64,000 nt of DNA from a virus, in IMG/VR virus record IMGVR_UViG_3300027863_000019, positions 91,616 through 155,615 of that record. One strand, written 5' to 3'. A program made the translations under genes and the position numbers. This document shows, one piece after another, positions 17,394 through 29,300 of this stretch. The notes below the pieces were generated by a model. That model saw nothing but the letters and a program-made list of their open reading frames with translations, searched no databases and had not been told where the DNA came from. Position 1 is the stretch's first letter. Every line of letters begins with the position of its first letter.

Positions 17394-20300
17394 ATGCCCG
17401 ACGATAGCCCCTTTATTTTAAAGGTAGACAATTCGGCACTCGATCAAACTATCGAGAAAGCCAAGAAGACCGCTACCGAACTTACCAACGCTCTTAGTAA
17501 AGCAAGTGATAGCGTAAAGGCCTCGCTCGCAAAGGCTTTTGCACCAAACCAGATTAATACCTGGATGTCTGGGATTCAAAGTAAGCTTGCTGAGCTACAA
17601 AGCAGTTCAAGCCTAAAGACTACCTTCACTGTTGATGTGTCACAAGTTGGTGCAGCTCAAACAGCAATGAAGGCATTAGAGTCTCAAGTTGCTGCAATTC
17701 AATATTCCGCAAAACAAGCCGCATCTGCATTAGAAGATAATATTGTTAGAGCCGTAAAAAGATCCGTACAGCAAATAAAACTCCTTGGCGAAGAGCAAAA
17801 GAAGGTTCAAGAGAGTCTTGCTAGCGCTACTTCCCCTGCGGCCGGAGTTACAATCTTTCCTGAATATAGGCGAGAGCTACAAGCTCAACGCCGAGCGATT
17901 GAAAAAGAAGTAGTTCAGACTAAAACTGTCTTACAACAATTACAAAACCTTTATAGAGAGTTCGTTAAGGTTCAAAATTCTGTTGATAGTATCGCAGTTG
18001 AAGTAAGTAACTCACCAACAATGGCGAAAGCCATTCAAAAGGTTTCTAAGAATTTCGGTGAAGGCGTTCAAATGGCTTTGCCGAAAGGTGAAATTGCTAA
18101 GGACCTTAGAGACTACGTTTTATGGCACCAAGAGCAAACTAATAAAGCTCGAGATGATATTACCAAACATCTCGAGAATATGGAACATGCAATTGGTGGT
18201 CGTTTAAGATCCCTTCCAGATCCTCTTACTTCTGATCTTCCACGCAAGCGTGCAGAAGAGTTAAAGAAGACTAAAAAAGAACTCGAGGCGCTTTATAATG
18301 AAGTTGCTGGTTTAAGAAACAAATCTGGAACTCCACACGATATTATTGGAGCTCTTGAAGGTCCCGCTCTTGGTAAGATGTATGAACAATTCTTAAAAGG
18401 TCTTGTTGGAGTTGATGAACTTAACGCTCAGATTGTTTCAAGGATTGATGCCTACACTGCAAAGAGTCGTGAGATTACTTCAAAGTATCTCCACCTTATG
18501 GAAGCCTTTCCAGAGCACATTAAAGCTGGTGGAGAAAGAATCGTTCCTGGACTTTCTGGTCAAGCCCAAATTCCGGTTACTATTGTTGATCCAACCCCAG
18601 CTGAAATCAAGGGGTTACAAAATAGAATTGCCCTTCTCCAAGGTCTTTCAGTACAGTCTGAAAAGACGAAACAAGAGATTGCGAGTTTACAAGCTCAGTT
18701 AGCTTACTTTGAACGTGGAGGTAAAATTACTCAAGTTCCCGAACTTCAGGAAGGAGTGACTCCTAACGTTCGTCACGTTACTCACGGTTATAGAGAACAC
18801 GAATTTACTCCTGAAGCTTTAATGTCGGGCGAGTCAGTAGAGAAACTCGAAGAGTATCGTCAAGCTCTCGCCGGTCTCGATATAGCTTATAGATCTTCCG
18901 CTGACTCCGAAGAATTATTTGCGGATCGTATGAGAAACCTTGGAACCATTATTGGTTTCACTGATTCGAAAGATAAACTTCTTTTGGAGTACTTCCAACA
19001 GAACGAACAAATCGCGATGAGAGCGAGAAGGTTATTTGATGGCGTAAAACAAAGCGCTACCGATATGCCTTCCGTAGCAGAGAAGATTAAAGAGATTTCA
19101 GGAGTCGCACGCGAGTCGTTAATGAAGCCTGGATTCGAAACGTTTGATCTCTCTGAAAAGTTGAAAGGAAGTATTGGAAACGCTACTGGATATGTAAGAA
19201 GAGAGTTTGCCGATACAACTAAGAGTGCACACGAAAGTTTACTCAAGCTCAAAATGATCTCTGAAATTTTTGGTGAAGAGATTACTGCTCCATTTAAGAG
19301 CGTAATAAATTATATTCGTGGTTACAAAGATGAAGCTGGTGTAAGTCAAGGCATTGGTCCGAAGTTTAATATGACTGCAGCTGGACCTTTTGGAACTCTA
19401 GAACCAGTCTTTAAAAACTTCGAAGACAGAATGCAACGCATCAACGCTTTGATGATGCAGTTCGATACCCGCCCCGCAGAGACTGCTCCTAAACTCGAGA
19501 GTGAACTTCTTGGCATGTCAAACCTTCTTACTGGTGTTGCTGGTAAATATAAAGATATTCGTAATGAAGCTTCAGATATGGCTAGCGCGTTTCGAATTCA
19601 ACCAATCATGTCTGAGATTCAAGCGATATTTAATAATCCGGCGCTTTCAAGTCAGAATTTAATTCAAGCCCAAGTAGCAGTTGCAAAGTTGAATGAAAAG
19701 TTTGATCAGATGGTTAAGTATGCTCCAGAGCTTGAACCTTTGCGTCAAAAGATTCGTCAGATCACTGACGAGTTCATTAGTACTAAAGCTATCACAGTTA
19801 CTGAGCACCCTCAAGTTAAACAGTGGACAGCAGAAGCTGAAGCACTGAAAGCTCAAATGGAAAGACTCAAAGAGCAGAAACCTAAAGGAATTGCCGTTGC
19901 TCCCGGTCTAGCCGCTGAAGCAGATGAAGCTCAAAACCGCCGCGCAGTAGATTTATGGAAGCGTGAGATGGAATCCGTCGAGACGATGTATAATGAACGT
20001 ATGCAATGGATTGCACGTCAACGCGGAACGCCAATTGAAATCGATGAAGCTGGAGTTCGGGCGGCGTTTACAAAATTCGATACTCAATTACAGCCTTTTA
20101 AACGTCAATTAAATTTTAGTCAGATAATTGGTGATGCATTAACAAACCTTTCGCGTTTAGGTCGGGAAGCTGGAGACGTTGGAAGTAATGCTTCAATGAT
20201 GCTTGATAAGATTTTCAAGCTTGTTGAGATGGTTAGCGTTGCAACTAAAACTGGTCTAGTCAAGAGTGAGAGTGAAGAGCTTCAAAAAATGATGGCAGAG

Positions 20301-23300
20301 ATGAATCAATATACGGTTCATCTTAAATCTGAACACTTACCTGTCGTTGAAGCTTTAGGAAAAGAGTATCAAAGATTTGGTGATAAGGTTCAAACCGTTA
20401 TTGGCGGATTCCTATCAAAAACTGAGCGTGGTGCTCTACCAAATATTATTCGCGAAAAATTTGCTCCACCTGAATTCGATGAAGCAATGCCTTTGGAAGA
20501 ATGGTTAGGAAGCTTATCTGGAGGTCATCGCTTCTTCAAACCGATCGGAGGTGAACACGATAAATCTTTTATCGAGCAATTCGCTCCCCCAGGATCCGAA
20601 CGTGGTAAACAGTTAACCGTAGCTGATATGTTTGGAACTGGACGTCTTGAGTTAATTGATCAAGCAACTGGAAAACAAACTCAATTTGGAAAAGCTGTTG
20701 AGTTTGTTAAAAGTCAATTAAGGGAGCCAGGCAAGTTTGAATCTTTCTATCAACCCGCGATGCAGTATACTCAACGGTTAACCCATTACATTCAAACTTT
20801 ACGTGCTGAAATAATTGAAACCGCTAAATCTGATCCTAAAATGGCATCAATGGTTTTAGCGTTAGATACCGCACAATCAAAAGTTTTTCATACCACTGAA
20901 TCGTTTAAGGCTCTAAAACGTTCAATCGAAGGTATTGGCCCAACTCAAGGTGCATTCTCACCGAATATGTCCCTCATTGGTAGGGAGTTAGCAGCTGTTA
21001 CAGATGCGGCTACTAAATCGATTGACTCGCACGTTCAACAATTTCAAGAACGTTTAAAAGGTATTCTTCAAAAAGGCGGACCGCAAGAGATTTATGGTGC
21101 TATTAAAGAGGCCATGAAGCTTCCTGTTGGATCTTTTGATCAACCTATTTCTTCTCAGGGTATTGGTCAAATCCTCTTTGGTGGTGGTAATGAATCCCTA
21201 ATAAGGGGTATGAGCTTTGAACGTCTTACTCAAATCAAAGCAGGTCTCGGTGAGTACTTCCAAGAAGTCGTCGAATCAGGTTGGGGTGCTGGAGCGATTA
21301 AACGTGCTCAGGCTATTATTAAGAGATTGTATACCGGTATTAATGAGGAGATGCACACTCAACGTGCTGAGCTTTTAAGTAAGGGCGAGCAACTTCCGAC
21401 ACTTTCTGATGAGACTATTCTGCCTTCAAGATGGGCTCAGGAGCCAACAGAGAAATTTTCAAAGCAAATGAAGAGTGCAACAAGAGCTGTTATGGAAGCT
21501 CTTGTTGCCGCAGATACTGAAACTTTCCCAGATACTGCACCATTCGTTCAAAAGATTTCGACTTGGTCTGTAGGTCAAATCGATAAGATTATCAAGACCT
21601 TAAAACAAAAGACCTCACAGAAAAGTCAAGAGTTTGCAAAAGCTCTTGTACCTGGAGAGTTAGCAGAATCACCTGAACAAGAGAAAATGCTTATCCAGAT
21701 GATGAACTGGGAACGTGCGATTGCTTCAGCCGAGAAAGTTAAACAAGGCAAGCTGGATGAACTGCGTAGAAAAAGAACGGCTGCCGCGAAGGATGTGGGA
21801 GTTGAGGGTGAAGATGTTCTAACAAGTGAAGCTATCTCAATTGCTGAAGCCGCACCTGGTGCTGGACGAAAGATTGTTGAAAGCATTGATAGCGTAACTG
21901 CGCAGAAAGTAGCCGCACTCAAACGCCAGATCGCTCAAATGAAGGGAGCTGGTGGAGCTGCTGCACTAGTTGATTATGAAAAGGGAATGGCTGAAGGAAT
22001 TAAACAGCCGGGATTCCTTGAAACTGTTTTAGGACCTACTCAAATCGATCCAGTTAAACAAAGACTGTCGAATCTTATAAATCCATTTGTTCAAATCAAT
22101 GCTGAGCTTGAAAACCTTGGAATGGTATTTAGTCGTCAAGGTAGGCCAGTTGCAGCTTGGAGCGAGTTACTAAAAGCTGGTCAAACCACTATCATGGACT
22201 TAATCAAGGAAGTTGCTAAAGTCAGTCCAGCAACTGATACCCTTGATGAGCATATCATGAAGTTTAATGCGACAGCGTCTGATGAAAAGAAAGTAATGAC
22301 CTTCGCGTCATTATTAGAAATGATTCAGTCAATCAAGATCGCTCTTTCAGTCGCGATTCCAGAATACCAGAAATTGGTAGATACTGGTGACTTTACTGGC
22401 GCTGCTGCAAAGCGAGAAGATCTCGTATCTACTACGAGACTGTTAACAACCTTGATGCAGGAACTCGCGCGTTCTGAATCTGCGGTAGTTAGTAACGAAT
22501 TTCTAATTGAAGATTTACGTCGTCGTGAAATTACTACCCTTCGTGAGTTAGGTCAAGCATATCGAATTCATAAACTTGAAGCTCAAGAAAGTATTGGACC
22601 TTTAGCTTCTGCAAGTAGAGCCGAACAAGCTAAAGCCGCGCTTGCTGGTCGAGACATCCTTAGACAATCAGTTATCTCTGCTCAATGGAGAGGTGAGAAA
22701 ACTACTGAGCCTGGTGGACCATTTGAAGGTATTGGTGAACCAGTTGGAACTATTGCTGATGTTTCAGAGAAGATGCTTGGTAGATGGGATCAACTTGCGA
22801 ATATGCGGAAAGGTATTGTTGATGTTATCAATACTTATCGTACAGCAAACAAAGAATTTGAGTATGGAGTTGCTGAGCCGAAGAATTTAGATGACTTGAT
22901 TGCGAAGCTTATGAAGTTCAATCGAATTCTAGAAGAAGGAAAAAATCTTCCTCCGACGTGGCAAAAGTCTTACGAGAATGCTTTTAAGGGAGTCCAACCA
23001 TTTTTACAAGGCGTTTTAGAAGCAGCTAATAAAGCAAGCACAAGTGCGGGTAGAACTAGCTTTGCTGAGAAGTGGGCTGGAGATATTCAGAAAGCTCGTG
23101 ATGAAGCAGCGCATTTAATTATTGAAATGCAAGAGCTGACCAAGCTTATGCAGTCAACGCCACGCGGTGCTGAAACGCAACAAAAACGTATTGCACAATC
23201 TGAAAGAGCTGGCGAACTTTTAGAGCGGGCCGGTGTAGTCCAGCTTGAAATGAGTAAGGATTCTCATACTCCCTCTGAAGAGATGAGGCTGGCTGCTGCT

Positions 23301-26300
23301 GCCACCCAAGAGTTAAAAGCAGCTTCAAGTGGTAACTTATCGCTTTGGGAACGTATTACTAATACAGTTAAAACAACTCGCAATAACTTCGCCGACTTAT
23401 TCATGTACCAAGTTCGTTGGTATACTTCTATGATGATTTTCTGGGGCGTATTCAATAAAGTGGGAGAAACATTTAAAGCCCTTGTTGAAACGCAACACCA
23501 AATCCAACGTGCTGTAAGAGCCATGCGTGAAGAGTCTGGTGAGATTGTTCAACACTGGGCGCGCCTAGAGCACGTCGCTCAAGCTAATATTTTCGAGAAT
23601 ATGGTTAAGTGGGCCACTGATGCTAAACAAGCTGGTGAGGTTTTATGGCAGTTAGGTTCTGCCGGTCTTAACGCTTCCGAGTCTCTTGCAGCTCTTGGAC
23701 CAGTCCTAGGCTTGATTAGAGCTTCTGAAGGTGATACCACAGAAACTACTAAAATTGTTGCTGGTGTATTTAACGTTCTGCAAGATTCAATTGAAGGTGC
23801 CGCACAAGCCGGAACCAAGTTTAGAATTATTACCGACGTTATAGCGAAGGTGTTTAGAGATCACCAGGTCGAACTTTCTGAGTTGAACCAAGGTTATCGT
23901 TTCGCTATTTCATCTGCTGATACTGCTGGTTTAAGTTTCTATGAATTATCCGCCATGTTGGGTGTCCTTAATGATAATATGATTAAGGGTTCTCGGGCTG
24001 GGCGTGGCTTACAACAAGTTTTGGTTCACATCGCTAAAGACCCCTACGAGATCGTCGCTTCATTCATTGAACTTGCTAAGCACATGAATGTTCCTCTTGA
24101 GGTCTACGAGAAGTTACAGAAGCCAATTGCGAATATGTCAACAATGGAGCTCATGCGAGAGTTTAGTAATATTGTCAAAGCTTCAGGAAAAAGTTTGGAA
24201 GCTCTTAGTCGTGAGATGGATAAGTTTGGAATGATTGGTGGACGTACTCTTGCACCGCTTCTTTTGAATTTCGATAAAGTTGATACGACCGTTCAACAAT
24301 TAATTTTACATTCAACCGGATCTACTCAACAGATGGCGCAGCATATAACCACTACTATCGCTGCGAACCTCCGCCGTGTCGCTTCATATTTTGAGCAGTA
24401 CATGTATCCAGTTATTACTGGCCTAAATACTATTTTTAGTGCTACACTAATTGGTTTTGTTAAACTTGCTGGAGCGATGGAAGGCATTCAGTCCAAAGTA
24501 ATTTCAGGTAGTTTCGGTTCAATTGGAATGCCTGGTGTTGGTGGAACTATTGATGCATTTCTTAAAGCTGCAACTTTGATCGGTTCGATTTCAATTCTTT
24601 CTGCCCAACTGCCTGATAAGTTTAACCTCGTTAATAAAGCTTTAGAGTGGATGGGTAATAGGGGTGCTGCTGGCTTTGAAAAGCTGGGAGCTGGATTTTT
24701 AAATTTACTTGCAAGTACTGGACCTCTTGCACGAGCCTGGGGATCGATTGTTTCAGGATTTCAAGCTGGACTTAGCGCACTCTCAGCTGGGTTTGAATTA
24801 CTAAAAACAACGTTGATTAGTGTTAATGCGTCTATCCAGTCTATCGGTGTAGGCGCTACATTAATGAAACCGTTACAGGCTGGATTAACAGCAGCGTCGG
24901 CAGCTGCATTATACCTCTATGATTCGATTAAGCTCGTAGGTCTTGGTCGTACAATAATGGATGGTTTAATTACTGTAACGCTTGCTTTGGGAACCGCGCT
25001 TAAAGCAGTCGGAGCGGCAATGTGGGCACATCCTGTTCTTGCAGCCATTGGTTTAATCGCAGGCGCTTTTGCAATCGCTTATGCTTATGTAAAGATCTGG
25101 AAAAAAAGTGTGGATGATGTAGTTGCGGAGTCGATTGAATCTGCTGCGAAATATCAAGAAAAATTGACAGAGCTAGAACAAAAGTCAATTCAAGCTCATC
25201 ATGCGTTATCTAACATTAAAGAAAACAAGGAAGCATATAGGGCATTAATTTCTGGTGCCGAGGATTCCGCTACTGCTACAGATAAGCAAAGAAAGGCTTT
25301 CGATGACTTAATGAGATCTGCCGGTATTGAAAGTAATACCATGAAGGATAATACAATTACCGTTGGCGAACTCAAACAGCGATTTAGTGAGCTAACTCCT
25401 GAAGTGCAAGAAAATGTGAGAGCCCTTAACGCACATTATAATGCTGTGTTAAGTAATAAAGAACTTCAAGAAAAATTTATTGAAAGTCTTCGCAAGCAAG
25501 TCGAAGCGATGGAAGCTACCGCTGAGGCAGCTAAAAAAGCTAAACAAGAGTTAGCTGGTGGCTTCATGTTCAAGTCACAAGATAGTGAAGTGTCGGCAAA
25601 GAACTTCACTAACTGGATTCGTACGATTTTCATGAGTAAAGAAGAAAGATTAGCTTTCTATGAAGAACAGCGAGCGGCGGTGAAGGATGCAGAGAATTCG
25701 GCTAGGGAAGCCCGCAACCAAATCGCTAAGAGTTTTGAGTCTATTGGAACTTTACATATCTCGAATCCAATGAAAGATTATGTTAAGGAGTTGATGGGAA
25801 AAGGTAAAGATGAAACAGAGATTAGAGATGCGTTAGAAAAAGCTTTCATGCCTCCGAAGAATTTGAGCTTTAAAGATTGGAAGCCAAATATTGAAGGCTT
25901 TGATTATGACGTTGCATTGAGACGCATCTTTCCAGACAATGCAGTACTCGAGAAGATTTTTAAAGAGGGTGCTACCGCTGAAATCTTTGGCGCGAAGGCC
26001 GCCAAAGAAATTGAAAAGATTGATACTAGTAAAGCATCTGGAATGGCTGAAGCTAAACGAATCGCGTTCGCTGCATTGCTTAATAAAATCTTCCCAAGTC
26101 TGTCTGATAAGACTTTAGAATCCGCTGGCGTTAAATTAGGTCCAGAGGCTATGAATAAGTATTTAGACGCCTTAAATCGCGCACATGAACAATTCTTAAA
26201 GACTTTAGGGGCGCATGAACAAGAAGTTAACCAGTTCTACCTTAAAGCGGGTGAGTCTGCTGTTGGAGCGATGAAGCAAGGTTATGATGCTCAAGCGTTT

Positions 26301-29300
26301 GCAACAGAAGCGTTTGGAATGGAAATGACCCGCTTGAATCAAGACTATATTCGTACACAACAAGAGTTTGCCGAGAAACGTCAGATTATTGAACGTAAGC
26401 ATGCAGAGACTGGACGCGAAGTTCCCAAGGTTGAAATGGATACCTTGAATATTGAGGAACAAACTGCACTACTTAAAGTGCGTCAACAACAATTCGAACT
26501 CGCAAAGAAGATTGGTGACCTTACAGCTAAGGCATGGCAAGAAGGTGCTGGCGAAGTATTGAAGTATCAGTACTCAATGAAGAACTTAGAAGCCAAACAA
26601 AAAGAACTTCAAGCTACTGAAAAACTTTCTGAGATTGAAAAGAAACTTGCCGAGAATGTTCGCGTCAGTATGCAAGAGGCCGAAGAAGCTCACCGCTTAA
26701 AGATGGAGTACCTCAAACTAGAAGCGGAAGGTAAAAAACTTGAAATCGAGTACAATAAGACCTCCGAAGAGATGAAGTTGAATGCGGTCATTCGCGAATC
26801 TCAAATGCTCCTCGCAAAGGATGCAGTTGAGAAGGATGAACGTTTGAAATTAACTGATGTACAAAAGCAAATGGTTAATAATCAGATTGCGATGGCCGAA
26901 CGTCAATTATCACAATTAAGTTCCTTAATGGGTATGCAGATGGCTGTTGCCCAGCAAGAAATGAATACGAAGGTGAAACAGGAAGACGAACGCGCGTGGC
27001 AGGAACGTGGAAAGATTGCTATTCATAATCTTCGTACAATGCTTGAAGGTCAAGCCGCAGTAGTCGGTGAATTCTATCGTACACAAATGCCAACCGGTGC
27101 TTCTGGTGGAGATAGTGGAACTTCTAAGTACTTTGAGAGGGGTGTTCACGGTTCTGAAGCTAAAGCTGAACATATTGTGGGAAGGCTTGAAGGTCTTGAT
27201 CCTGAGTTCATGAAACGTTTGAAAGGCCTTGCAGACGAGTATTATCAGATTACTGGCAAGGTCATGCGTGTTTCAGATGCTTTCCGTTCATATCAAGAAC
27301 AGGTTGATTTAAAGAAAAGAAAGCCAACTTTGGCTGCAACTCCTGGCTACTCAATGCATGGGTATGGATTAGCCGTTGATATTGATACTGCTCAAGCTAA
27401 TGAAATGGCTACGATGGGTCTACTTGAGAAATGGAATATCTATCGTCCAATGCTTGGTCAGGGTGGTGGTAAGAATGAGCCTTGGCATTTACAACCAACT
27501 GGAATGAGAGCAGAAACTGTTAAAGTTCCAATGAATATTGCAGTTGATTATAGTGCTGAGAAAATTCCACCCGCATCAGTGGAAAAAGCAAAACTTTCTC
27601 TTGCCGGAGAGATGCAGGCCGCTATTGATGAAATGCTCAAGATGTTGAAAGAACGCGGAGAGAAAGCCCAACCTCAAATCAAGAAAGGGATCACAGAATT
27701 ATTCAATACCTTAAAGGACCTTCACATTGATCCTAAAGATATTGATTTATATTCTAAGTTCTTCGATTCATTAAAGAATGTTGCAATCGCGGCTGGCATG
27801 CCTGTTAAGAAAATTGCTGACCTTATTACTGAAGCATATAAGAAGCAGTTTGATCAAGGCGTAGTATTTGATGTTCCTCTCCTTGTAAAATATACCGCTG
27901 AAGCTCGTGCGGCTGGTGGAACAGATGAACAGGTTCGTAAACGCGTTCAAGAAACCTTTAGAGTAGCCTTCGAGCACGAAGAGAACTGGACGAAAGATAG
28001 ATTCCAAGGAATGATGGATTTCATTTCTAATGGAGTCACTGAAACTGGCATCTCTGGTAAGAAAGTGTTCGCCCAATTAATGACGGACATCTTTACTCCT
28101 TCTAAGCTCCAGATCATGTTGGATAGCGATATTGATCTTATCGATATGTTCTATCAACAGATCGCTAATCTTGGAAGGAAACTTACGAATAGTGATGTAA
28201 CACCTACCAAGATTGGTAGAACCTTTGAGACCGCTATTCGTGGTATTATTTCTTCTGGGGAAGAATTAGCTCCTGAGAAATATGAGAAACTCGTTAACGC
28301 CCTTTCACAGATTCCTAGAATCAATCTGAAAGAAGCAGCATCGGATGTTGAGAAGTATTGGCAAGCAATTGGTAACACTCGAGCATTGTCAATGCCCGAT
28401 CTTGGAACGATGCAACGCGATATGATGCGGTTCGGTTCTACTTCAGATGAAGTTTGGAAAGCGATTGGTGATGTCGCCGATGTTCAGATTCGTCGTATGT
28501 ATGCTTCGTGGGAAAAAGGCTCCGAACAAATGAAGGGTGACTTTAGCACCTTGAAAGAGTTAAGTGGTGCCTTCTGGTTAGGAATGCTTAAAGGTGTTGC
28601 TGACTACGCTTCTAAACTTAAAGACCCGATCAGACGTCTTGCCGGTGAGATCACCGAGATTCTCAATTCGATGCAGTCATCTCTTGAATCGATTATTAGT
28701 GATACTCTCAAGGGTGACTTTAAAGGATGGAATGAGTACCTCACTAAGTTCGGTGAGAACTTAATTAACATTGCTTCTAAGAACATGTCAGAAATGATCA
28801 TGCAATCGTTGACTAGCTGGGTTGGCGATGCGATGGGAATTAAGAAACCGAGACCTGGTGAAATGTCTCAAAAAGAAGCTGAAAGTTTTGGTGCGAAAGA
28901 AGGCGAACGTCAGTCAAGAGCTAACATTGAACAGACCATGCAGCATACTGAGAAGATCAAGACTGGTCAAGAAAAGGTTATTGAAAATACAAAAAGAATC
29001 GCTGATAACGTTGCTGAGCTTATCGATGTAGTGAAACAAAAAGGCGGAGAACATCCAAGCGAAACTAGATCAGGAACTACTGGCGGAGAAAGAACTTCTG
29101 AATCTGGTGAGAGAGTTGGTGGTATTTCAGGCGGTGGTGGTGAAACTGGAGTAGGTCCTATCGAATCTGGGGCTTCGGAAGTCGCTGCTGTAATGCCAAG
29201 CTCGAAAACATCTGGAGCGGTTGAAAGGGCAGAAGAGAAACCTTTAGTCGGTTATGAAACAGAAGGTTGGGATGCAGGTCTTTCGAAAACTGAAATTGAG

